A DNA stretch of 64,000 nucleotides. Origin: an uncultured Gemmataceae bacterium. GTDB lineage: Bacteria > Planctomycetota > Planctomycetia > Gemmatales > Gemmataceae. A program made the translations under genes and the position numbers. The notes beneath the pieces were generated by a model that searched no databases, had not been told where the DNA came from, and worked only from the letters and a program-made list of their open reading frames with translations. Each line of letters opens with the position of its first letter. Within the stretch, counting starts at the first letter, position 1. The stretch is taken from positions 672,001 through 736,000 of the forward strand of contig CAVVPN010000004.1 in NCBI GenBank assembly GCA_963750165.1, read 5' to 3'. Of this stretch, positions 12,001 to 24,000 are shown piece after piece.

Positions 12001-15000
12001 GCGGCGGTCTGCGATGTCGGCAGGCCGAAGTCGGAGTTGCGCAGGTCCTCGGGGTTGGTGATCGACGGCAGCGTCTTGAAGAACTCGACGCCGCCGGCGA
12101 AGTCGTCGATGGAGATGCCGGTCGGGCCGCCGATGTCGATGCCGCCGGGGATGTTCGCCTCGATGAACACATCGAGCGGCCCCAGCGCGCTCAGGCCGAA
12201 GCGGATGGTGAAGCCGGCCATGCCCGCGAAGGTGAAGCCGGCCTCCACGCCCAGGTAGAAGACGCGCTGGACCACCGGCGTCGTCGTGTCGGTGGGGTCG
12301 ATGATCGTGTTGTTGGCACTGATCCGGAGCAGGCCGCCAACCAGGCCGCCGCTGATCGTGCCGCCGAAGACGTTGCCGGTGACCGTCACGCCCAGCGAAC
12401 CGATGCCGATGATCGGGAACTGGCCCTGCAGCAGCAGCGACGGCTGGATCATGATGTCCGTGACCTCGCCGGAGAACGTCAGGCCGGGCACCCCCTTCAG
12501 GCCCATGACGGACGCGGACAGGTCGAGGATGAAGTCGCCCGGGTCTTGCTGGATGCCGTTGGGCCAGATCAGGCCGATCTTCTCAATCTGGATCGGCAGC
12601 CAGCTCGGCCAGCCGACGCCGCCGCCGCTCGTGGAGCCGACCGTCAGAAAGACGCCGAAGCCGGTCAGCGGCACGAAGGTGCCATCGCCCAGGAACTCGA
12701 AGTTGCGGGCCTCGCCGCCGATGCTCAGCGAGCCGATGTTGACCTGGGCCCCGACTGATATGAACGACGCCAGCGGTTGCGACGCGCTGGCGCCGGTATT
12801 AATCATCACCCCCTGGGCCGTCAGCGTCAGCAGGCTGCTGAGCTGGATCGAGAGGGTGTTGGCATAGAACTGGAAGGCGTTCACCTGGCCGTTGCTAAAC
12901 GTCAACGTGGCGCGGAGGGCGTCGGTGTCGGGCGTGCCGTCCGCGTTGAGGTGGTGCAGGGCCGGGTTGTAGGTGATCGACGCGGACACCGGCTTGCCGG
13001 GCAGGAAGGTGGCGCCACCCGAGGCGAAGAAGATGCTGCCGTTGAACGTCGTGCCGCCGGAACCGCCGAAGGTCATGCCGAAGTTCTGCACGCCGATGCG
13101 CAGGTCGTTGAACGACAGGATGCCAGGGATGCTGATCGGCTGGCCCGAGGTCGGCGTGTACGTCAGCTCGGCCGTGCCCAGCTGGAAGCCGTTGGCCCGC
13201 ACGACCAGACCCGGGATGGTCGGGCTGTTCGGGTCACTGGGGTTCGCGTTGAACGGGCTGATCGAGCCAGTGACGCCGAACGTCGGGAACATCACACTGG
13301 CCGACTCGACCACGACCAGTTGCTGATCGTCCGGGATGCTGCCGGTGATGCCGAGTTGCGCCACCGCCATGTTCGCCAGGGCGCCCTGGAAGGTCACGGT
13401 GTAGCCGGTGCCGGCCGTGGTGACCTTGACGTTGCCGGTGCCGATGCCGGGCAGCGCTTCGAGGTCGCTCTGCACCGTGGCGGCGGTGGCGCCGACGGCA
13501 ATGCTCGGCGTCGAGTTGCCGTTGTACGACAGCGTGAAGGCGCCGCGGGCGCTGATGACGTTGATCGCCTGCACAGCGCTGTCGCTGGCGTCGCCGGCCT
13601 TCGTGACCGTGACGCCATCATTCACGTCCGGGTTGTAGGTGACGACGATGCCGGAGGCGGTCACGTTGACCACGTTGGGCACGTCGATCTCCAGCGAGCC
13701 GACACGGAAGGTGAAGTTGCCCGGCACACTGATGCGGACGTGGCCGCTGAGCAGGCCGAACACATCGACGCCCACGTCGAGCAGGCCGAGGACGCTCGTC
13801 AACTTGGCGGTGACGCCGCTAAAGCTCAGCGTCGCCTGGTTGACGCTGACGGACAGTTCCAGGATCAAGAGGCCGTCCTGGAAGCCGATGTCCGCAATGC
13901 CGACCGACGGCCCTTGCAGGTTGAGCGGCCCAATGGTGAACGACTTGCCGGCGGTCGCCGGACCCGTGCTGGTCGCCGTGCTGGCGGTGAGCGTGAACTT
14001 CTCTGTCGAGGCGTTCATCTTGTTGCCGGCCAGGGTGCCGACGCTGTTGCCCTGGAAGTTCACATCGACTTCGCCAGGGCCGAACAGGTTGGCGTTGGTC
14101 GGGTCAGCCGGCTTCAGATAGTAGCGGTAGGTCGTGCCCGAGATCAACGTCGGCGGGCCGTCGAAGTCCGGGAAGCCGTTGCCCAGCATCGCGACGTTGG
14201 TGACGCCGGGGCCGCTCAGCTTGAATTCCTTGCCGGTGATGGTTGTCGGGTCGATGGCACTGCCGTCGCGGCTCTTGTAGGTCACGTCGATGAAGCGGCT
14301 GGAGTTCATCGTATCGACGCTGAGCGACTTGCCGTCCTTCGGACTGCTCAGCTTGGCCATCGGGCCGGCGGTCATGGTCCCGGTGCTCGGCGGCGGCGCA
14401 CCCGGCGGGTCGCCGGCGACGGTGCCGTTGACCAGCGTGAAGTGGCCGGTCTGGGCGAGGTTGCCGTTGCCGCCGTTGTCCTGGAAAACGCCGGTCGCGA
14501 AGTCCACTTCCACGTCGCCGGGCTGCGTGAACGAGCCGGTGAAGCTGAAGCGATACGTGTTGATCTCGTTCGGCACCTGGGTCGGCAGCTGGTTGACCGT
14601 GACGCCGGTCACCGGCATACCGTTCTCGCTCAGCGTGACCTTCGTGGCCGTGGTCAGGATGGAGGCGCTGTTGATGCCCAGGTTGTTCGGGTCCTCGACC
14701 TGCACGTCGAAGTAGCCCTGTGTGTTGAGGGTGTTGCGGTCGAGGATCTGGCCCTCATAGGGATTGGCCAGGTCCACGCTCGGCGGCTGCACCGGGGCCG
14801 GCGGCGTCGGCAGCGTCGCGCTCACGCCATAGATGGAGAAGCTGTTGACGTAGATGTCCTGCAGCTGGAAGCCGTCGGTGCCGCCGAGGGTGAAATCGAC
14901 CTGGCCGCCGACCGAGAAGGCTTGCTGGCCGTTGATGGTGATGGCCACCGAGGCGTTGCTGATGTCCACGACCACGGTGCCGTCCGGCTTCTTCGTGAAC

Positions 15001-18000
15001 GAGACGGTGCCCTGGATGTCCAGGACGCCGGCGACGGAAATGTGGATTGTGCCGACGAAGGAAGTCACCACGGCGGCCGTCGGGAAATTCAGCATGACGG
15101 AGCCGCCGCCGCCCGGGGCCGACGGATTCGGGATGGTCAGCGTCTGGTTGATCGCCGTGCCGGTGGTGTTGACCATCACGGTGGCGCTACCGGTGACGGT
15201 GAGGCCGTCCACGCCGAGCAGGCTGATGTCGCCGGTGGCGTACAGGGCAAAGGTGCCGTTGGGGAACTTGATGACGCCGATCTGGGCGTTGTTCAGCAGC
15301 ACGCCGACGGCGTTCGAGTTGATGGTGCCGTCCGGGTTCTTGTACGGGCCGGCACCGAGGAAGATCGCCAGGCCGGCGCCCGCGAAGGTCTGCACGCTCT
15401 GGCCGTTGATCGTCTGCGACGTGAAACTGATGCTGCCTTCGATGCTGACGAAGTTGGCGATGTTCAGTTCCAGGTCCGACGCGGCGGCGCCGAACAGCGG
15501 CCCGGCCCCGAGGTTGATGGTCAGCGAGTGGCCATTGACCGTGATGGTCTCGTCCACCGGCACGTTGAGCGTGCTGAACGACAGGGTGGCCGTGGCGCTG
15601 ACGCTGGTGCTGCCGCTGCCGGCCATGAGCTGGCCCGAGAGGACGCCGGCGACGCCGCCGTTCTCGATGACCATGCCCCCCTCGGCGCCGGTGATGCCCT
15701 GGGTGGTGCCGTCACCGGCGAAGCTCAGGTTCAGCGCCGCGATGCGCGTGATCGTGGTGCCGTCCGGCTTCGTGTACTGGTCGATGTAGAAGTCGCCGTG
15801 CAGCGTGTGCGAACCGCCGATGGTCACGTCGGTGTTGGTCGCCGTGACGCGGACGTACGGGCCGGCGGGCAGGCCGTTGGCCGCGACCGACTGCGTGTTG
15901 ATCGCCAGGCCGACCGTGGTCGTCAGCGAGAAGTAGCTGTCCACCGGCGAGCCGGCCGTCGTCAGGTTGGCGGACAGGCTGCCAGCGATGCCGCCGGACG
16001 TGACCTGGAAGCTGCCCTGGCCATTGGTCACGGTGAAGATTGGGCTGCCGCCGCTGGTGATCGTCAGGCCGACGTTACTGGCGGCCAGCGTCACCAGGGT
16101 TGTGGCGCCGCTGCCGGTCTGCGTGAAGCTGAAGTTGCCGGTCAGCGTCTGGCCGAGGATGCTCAGGCTGACGTTGTTGGCCTGCACCTGCAGGAACGGG
16201 CCGGCTGGCAGGTTCAGCGTCGTCGGCACGTTGTTCAGCGTGAACGTCTGGTTGATGGCGGCGGTGGTGTTGTTGATGTTCAGCTGGAACGTGCCGGACA
16301 GGAAGCTGCCGACCGTCACGGTCGCCTGCAGGGTGCCCGCCAGGCCGGCGCTGGTGACCAGGAAGGTGCCGCTGCCGCCGGTGACGTTGACGAACGGATT
16401 ATTCGGGTCGCCCAGGCCGAGGCTGACGTTGCTGGCCGTCAGCACCAGCCGCTTGACGCCCGCGGTGGTGTTTTCCTGGAAGCCGAAGTTGCCCTGCAGC
16501 GTCTGGTTCAGCACGGTCAGGCGGACGCTCTGGCCCGTGACCGTGACGCTCTCGGTGTTGGCCGGGGCAGTCACCGTGATCGGGTTGCCGTTGACGTCGT
16601 TGAACGTCTCGTTCAGGGCGGTGCTGTTCGTCTTGGCGATGGACACCGCGAAGTTGCCGGCGAAGGTGATGCCCGGCAGCGTCAGGCCGATGGTGGCGCT
16701 GAGCTGGCCGGCGAAGCCCGAGTCGTCGATCACCAGGTAGCCGCTGGCGTTGCTGACGTTGACGAAGTTGGCAGTGTCGTTGCCCAGGCTCAGGCTCAGG
16801 TTCGCCACGGTGATGCGGATGACCGGGTGGCCGGCGGCGTTGTTGGACTGCTCGAAGGAGAAGCTGCCCGACAGGCCCTTGCCCGCGACCGTGACCGACA
16901 CCGGGTTGCCGACGATGCGGATGAACGGCCCGGCCGGCAGGGTCAGCATGAACGTTTGGCCGGCGCCCGTGAACGTCTGGCTGACCGCGGCCGACGTGGT
17001 GTTAATGTCCAGCGTCAGGTTGCCGTTGAAGGCCAGCGGGATGTTCGTGGTCGCGATGGTGCCGCTGACCTGGGCCGCCACGCCGGCGGACGTCACCAGC
17101 AGGGCGCCGGTGCCGGTGAAGGTGACGAACGTCGTCGCCGTGCCGATTTGCAGCGTCAGGCCGGGGTTGCCCAGGGCGTTGACGGCGAAGGCGGTGCTGC
17201 CGTCCGCCTGTGTGTAGCGCTCGAAGGTGAAGTTGCCCTTCACCGCCAGGCCCATGAGTTGCAGCGACAGGTTGTCCACTTCCAGGCGGAAGAACGGCCC
17301 GGCCTGGATGTTCAGCGGCGGCAGCACCACGCCGTCGAGGGTGAACTGCTGGTTGACGGCCACGGTCATGGTGCTGACGGTGACAGTCACCTGGGCGCTG
17401 CTGGACAGGCCCAGGGCGGCGACGTTGAGGCTGACCGTGCCGGACACCGTGCCCGCCACGCCGGCGCTGTTGACCAGGAACTCCAGCGTGCCGTTGCTCA
17501 CCTGGAGATAATTGCTGGCGTTCAGGCTGAGCGTCAGGCCGATGTTGCTGCCGCTGACGAGGATCACCGGGTTGCCGCTGGCGTCCAGGGTGCGCTCGAA
17601 CGAGAAGTTACCCGAGAGCGTCTGGCCGAGGATGGTCAGGCTGGCGTTCGTGACCGTGACGTGGACATACGGCCCGGCCGGCAGGTTCAGCGTGACGGTG
17701 CTGCCGTCGGCCAGCGTCAGGGTGTCGTTGACGGCGGCGGTGGTGTTGTTGATGGCGACGCCGAAGGTGCCCGTGACCGTGACGCCCGGGATGTTGATCA
17801 CGACCGTGGCGCTGAGCTGGCCCGCGAAGCCGGCGCTGGTCAGCAGGAAACTGCCCTGGCCGTTCGTGACCTGCACGAAGTTGGTGGTGCCGTTGCCCAG
17901 GTTCAGGCTGACATTGCTGGCGGCCAGGCGGATGACCTGGTTGTGGCTGGCGTCGGTCACCTGCTCGAAGGCGAAGTTGCCCGTCAGCGTCTGGCCGGCG

Positions 18001-21000
18001 ATGTTCAGCGTCAGGCCCTGGCCGGACACCTGCAGGAACGGCCCGGCGGGTTCCGTCAGGTTGACCGTCTGCGTGCCCAGGGTCAGCGTCTCATTGACCG
18101 CCATGCTCGTCTGGTTCAGGCTGATGCCGAAGGTGCCGCTGAAGCTGACGCCCGGCACGTTCAGGGCGACCGTGGCGGACAGGCTGCCGGCGATGCCGGC
18201 CGACGTGATGACCAGGTAACCGTGGCCGTTCGTCACCGACACTGCGGGCGTGCTGCCGCTGCCCAGGCTCAGCGACACGTGATCGGCGGTGATCAGCGTG
18301 ACGGGGTTGCCGGCGCCGTCGTTCATCTGCTGGAAGGCGAAGTTGCCCGTCAGCGTCTGGCCGAGGACGTTGAGCGTGATGCCGGTGCCCTGGACCTGGA
18401 CGAACGGCCCGGCCGGCAGGCTGGTGGTCTGCGTGATTGGGGCCGTCGTGACCGTCGCGGTGGCGGTGCTGTTGATGAGCATCAGCGCCGCGGCGATGGC
18501 GGCCTGCACGTCGGCGGCGCTGGCGCCGAACGGAATCGGCGTCGTTTGCTGGCCGCCGACGGTCAGCGTGTAGGTGCCGCCGTTGGCCGCCACCGAGATC
18601 TGGTAATTGTTGCCGCTACCGCTCAGGCCGAGCGCCGGCAACGGCACCAGCAGCGAGCCGTCCAGGCTCAGCACTGGCTCGGACATGTTGGCGAGCGTGC
18701 CCTGGAAGGTGATGGTGTAGGTGCTGCTCGACTGCGCGACCGCCACATTGCCGCTGCCGATGCTCGACAGGCCAACGAGGGCGGTCTGCACCTGGGCGGC
18801 GGTCGCGTTGTAGGCGAGCGGGGCGGTGGTCTGACCGTTGAAGGTCAGCGTGAAGGTGCCGCCGCCGGCGACCACGGACACCTGCTGCACCTCGCTGACC
18901 GTCGGGCCGCCCTGCGTCGTGATGGTGACGTTCGTCGAAGGCGGCCGGCTGACCGCGACGAGGGCGGAGCTGTTGAGCAGCAGCGCTGCCAGCGTCTGGT
19001 TGGCGAGCGTGCCCTGGAAGGTGACCGTGTAGGTGTTGCCCGATTGCGTGACCGTGACATTACCGGTGCCGATGTTGCTCAGCGCCGCGAGGGCGGTCTG
19101 CACCTGGGCGGCGGTCGCGTTGTAGGCGAGCGCCGCGGTGGTCTGGCCGTTGAAGCTCAACGTGAAGGTGCCGCTGCCCGCGGCGACGGTCATCTGCTGC
19201 ACCTCGCTGGCGCTCGGCACGCCCGGCGTCATGATTGCCACGACCGCGGTCGCCGTCAGGGCGGTGCCGTTGATGGTCAGCAGCGGCTGCGTCGGCGTGG
19301 CCAGGCCGTTGACGAAGGTGATCGTGTAGACCGTGGCGGTGCCGGTCGTCGTGGCAGTGACACTAACGTTGCTCTGGTTCTGGAGGTTGCGGCCGATGTT
19401 CGACAGCGCCACCAGGGCGCCCTGCACCGTCGCGGCGCTGGCGTTGTAGGCGATGGGGGCGGTGGTCTGACCGTTGAAGCTCAGCGTGAAGGTGCCGCCG
19501 CCCGCGTTGACCGTCACCGTCTGCGCGTTGCCGGTCGCGGCCGCCACGCTGGCGATCTGGCCGTTCGCCAGCAGGTTCGCGCCACTGACGGACAGGACCG
19601 GCAGGTTCAGATTGGCGAGCGTGCCCTGGAAGGTGATCGTGTAGACGTTGCCCGTCAGCATGACCGCCACGTTGCCGGTGCCGATGTTCGACAGCGCCGC
19701 CAGGGCGCTTTGCACGGCGGAAGCGCTGGCGTTGTAAGCGATCGGGGCCGTCGTCTGGGCGGTGCCGGTCGGCGTGGCCTGGAAGCTCAGCGTGAAGGTG
19801 CCGCCGCCGGCGATCACCGTCACCGTCTGCACAGCACTGGTCGCGGGCTGACCAGCCGTGACGCGGTTGGCGGTCGCCTGCGGTTGCAGGCCGCTGTTGC
19901 TCGCGGCCAGCGTGCCGGTGACGCCGTTGAGGAAGGTAACCGTGTAGGCGTTGCCGGTCAGCGTGACCGTGACGTTGCTGGCGCCAACGCTGGACAGGCC
20001 CTGCAGGGCGGACTGCAGCGCGCTCGCGGCGGAGCCGACGGGGATCGGGGCGGTGGTTTGATTGCCGAAGGTCAGCGTGAAGGTGCCGCCGCTCGCCTGC
20101 ACCGTCACCGTGTCAACGCTGGTCGGGCTGCTCGTGCTCGGCGTGACCGCTACCGTCGGCGTGCCGGTCACCGGCAACAGCGCCGTCGTGGTGGCGGTCA
20201 GCGGCAGCAGGTTCTGGTTGCCGAGTGTGCCCTGGAAGGTGATCGTGTAGACGTTGCCCGCCTGCGTCACCGTGACGTTGCCGCTGCCGACGTTGCTCAG
20301 GGCGGCGAGGGCATTCTGCACCGCGGTCGCGCTGGCGTTGTAGGCGATGGCGGCGGTGGTCTGCGGCGTGTCATTGGCGTTGGCCTGGAAGGTCAGCGTG
20401 TAGGTGCCGCCGCCAGCCGCCGTCACCGTCACCTGCTGGACGTTGTTCTGCATGTTGCCGCCGGCCGTCTGCGTTGTCGCCGTCACGGTCGGCGTCGGGC
20501 CGGTCAGGTTGGCGGTGTTGACGGTCAGCAGGGCGAGGCTCTGGTTGGCGAGCGTGCCCTGGAAGGTGATCGTGTAGGTGTTGCCCGTTAGCGTCACCGC
20601 GACGTTGCCAGTGCCGATGTTGCTCAGGGCCGTCAGGGCGTTCTGCACGTCGGACGCCGCCGCGTTGAAAGCAAGCGCGGTCGTGGTCTGGCCGTTGAAG
20701 CTCAGCGTGAAGGTGCCGCCGCCGGCCAGCACGGTCAGCGTCTGCACCTCGCTCTGGCTGCCGCCCGGCGTCTGAACGGCGACGCTGGCCGACGGGTTGA
20801 CCTTGAGGTTCGTGCCGTCAATCGCCAGGGCCGACACGTTCTCGTTCGCCAGCGTGCCCTGGAAGGTGACGGTGTAGGTGTTGCCCGCCAGCGTCACCGC
20901 GACGTTGCCGTTGCCGATGCTCGACAGGCCGGTCAGGGCGGTCTGCACCTGGGCGGCGGTCGCGTTGTAGGCCAGGGCCGCGGTGGTCTGGCCGTTGAAG

Positions 21001-24000
21001 CTCAGCGTGAAGGTGCCGCCGGTGGCGACCACAGTCACCGTCTGCACCTCGCTGGTGCCGGCGTTGCCCGGCGTGGTGACGGCTACCGTCGCGGTCAGGC
21101 CGCCGGACAGGTTGGTGCCATCGGCGGTCAGCGTCGGGGCGGTGCCGCCCGCGAAGGTCACGGTGTAGGTGTTGCCGATGGTGATGCTCTGCGTCACCGG
21201 CGCGGTCAGCGTGTTGAACTGCGCCTGCAGCGTGCCGCCCAGGGTGACGCCCGGCACGTTCACCGCCACCGTGCCGCCGATGCTGCCGTCCAGGCCGGCG
21301 GACGTGATCAGCAGGTTGCCGCGGCCGTTGGTGATCGACACCACCGGCGTGCTGCCGCCCAGCGTCAGCGCCGCGTTCGCCACCGACAACTTCACCAGGC
21401 GGTTGCCGCTGCTGTCGAGCGTCTGCTCGAAGGTGAAGTCGCCGCTCAGCGACTGCTGCAACAGCGTCAGCATGACACCGGTGCCGGCGACGCGCACGTA
21501 CGGCCCGGCCGGCAGGTTGAACGTCTGGTTGACGCTACCCTGCGTCACCGTGATGGCGTTCTGGTTGCTGGTGAACAGGGACTGCACGGCGCTGAGCACG
21601 TCGGTGTTGCTGGCCCGCACGGAGATTGGGGCGGTGGTCTGATTGTTGGCAGTCAGCGTGAAGGTGCCGCCGCTGGCGACCACGGAGACGATGTACTGGT
21701 TCGCCCCGGCGCCCGGCGTCACGGTCAGCATCTGCAGGCCGACGGCGCCGGTGCCGCTGGCGGTCGGCGCCGCGGTGCCGGCCGGCAGCGTGATGGTGTA
21801 GGTGTTGCCGACCGGGAACGTCACCTGCACCGGCTGGCCGGTCTGGTTCAGGGCCAGGCTGAAGTTGCCGCCAAGGGTGACGCCCGGCACGTTGACGTTG
21901 AGCGTGCCGTTCAGGCTGCCGACCAGGCCCTGGGCCGTCAGGTTCAGGAAGCCGACGCCGCCGGTCAGGCTGACGAAGGTGTGCGTGCCGTCGCCGAGGC
22001 TGATGCTGAGGTTGGCCACCGTGACGCTCACGACCTTGTTGCCGTTGCCGTCGGTGGACTGCTGGAAGCTCAGATCCGCCGTGAACTGCTGGCCGAGCAG
22101 ATTCACCGCCAACCCGGTGCCGGCGATGCGCACGTACGGCCCGGCCGGCAGGTTCAGGCTGAGCGTCGTCGTGCCGACCGTCAGCGACTGGTTGACCGCC
22201 ACCATGCCGGTGTTGACCTGCACGGTCAGGTTCGCCAGGCTCAGGCCCGAGATGGCGACGCTGCCGCTGACCTGGCCCGCCAGGCCGGAACTGCTGATGA
22301 CGAAGAAGCCCTGGCCTTGCGTCAGGCTCGCCACCGGGGTCGTGCCGGCGGTGAAGGTCAGCGACACGTTGTTGCCGCCGAACATCAACTGCTTCGTTGG
22401 CGGCGCTGCCGAGTTGGCCGCGGCGGGCAGCGTCACCTGCTGGAAGGTGAAATCGCCGGTCAGTGTCTGGCCGAGCACATTCAGGCTCAGGCCGTTGGCC
22501 TGGATCAGCAGCAGCCCGGACTGGATGGTGATATTCGCATTCGTAGCCGGGTTCGGCAGCGTCACGGCGCCGGCGGTCGAGTTGAGTTCGAGCAGCAGGT
22601 TGCCGAGCGTCAGGTTGGCGAAGCCGCTGACGTTGAGCGTGCCCGAGGCGCTGAGAACGGCGGCGAGGCCGGCGTTGCTCGAGCTGCACCGAACCGTTGA
22701 TGGCTGTCAGGCTGACGTTGTTCGAGCTGTCGCCCAGCGTCAGGGTGCCGTTGGCGACCGTCGCCAGGAAGGTGCCGGCCTGGGCGCCCTGCGTGAAGGT
22801 GAAGTCGCCCGTCAGCGTCTGACCGAGGATGCTCAGGCTCAGGCCGGTGCCCTTGAACAGGGCGTAACTGCCGCCGGACTGGGCCGGGGCCGGGACGGTG
22901 ACGGCCGCGTTGAACGGGTCGGTCCAGGCGGTGGTGCCGTTGTTGAACTGCACCGTCGCCATGCCGGAGAACGAGGCGGCGGACAGGCCGAGCAACTGCA
23001 CCGTGCCCGTGGCGTAAACGCCATAGTGGCCGTTGGCCAGTTGCTCCACGTCCACCGTGGCGTTCGCCAGCAGGACGCCGCGGGCGGCCGGGTTCATGGC
23101 GCCGCCGGGCAGCGTCGCCGGGCCCTGGCCGAGGAAGATGCTCAGGTTGGTGCCGTGGAAGGCGCTGTGGCCGTTGACGTTGCTGAACGTCACCGAGCCC
23201 TCGATGGTCGCGAACGGCGGATTGCCCAGGCTGATGTTGCCCGAGCCGGTGATCTGGAACACGTCGCTGCCGTCCGGGAACACGATCGACAGCGTCTGGC
23301 CGCCGACGGTAATCATCTCGTTAACCGGCAGCTTGGAGTTGTTCATCTGCAGGCCGATGCTGGCGTTGGCGCTGACGCCGCCGCCGCTGGCCGAGGCGGT
23401 GCCCGACAGGAAGCCGGCCAGACCGCCGGAGCCCGGCACCGTCGGGTCGGGCGGCAGCAGCACGAAGGCGCCCTGGCCGCTGCCCAGGTGCTGGCCGTTG
23501 AACGTCAGGCTGACGTTGGTCGCGGCGACGCGCGTCACCGTCCGCGTCACCGGGTTGGCGGTGCCGGCGCCGGAAACCGTGTCGGTTTGCTGGTCGAGGA
23601 AGAAGTTGCCGGTGATGGCGACGCCCGCGCCGCCGCCGGAGCCGAGCGTCAACGTTGCGCCGTCGGCCTCGACGCGCACGAACGGCCCGGCCGGGATGTC
23701 CACTTCCATCGTCTGGCCTGGCAGCGTGTTGGCCGGGATGGTCGCGTTCACCATCGACGTGTTGAGCGCGATGTCCAGGGTAGTCGCGGCCAGTGTGATG
23801 GCGCCCGGCAGGCTGAAGGTGGTGCCGCTCAGCGTCAGTTCGCCGGCGACGCCCGCGCTGGTGATGACGAAGAAGCCGTTGGCCCCGGAGACGCTCAGGA
23901 TCGGGCTGCTTGGGTTGCCGAGCGACAGCGACACGCCGGTGAACGCCGCAGTGATGACCTGGCCGACGTTCGGCTCCGTCACCTGACGGATGGCCACGGT

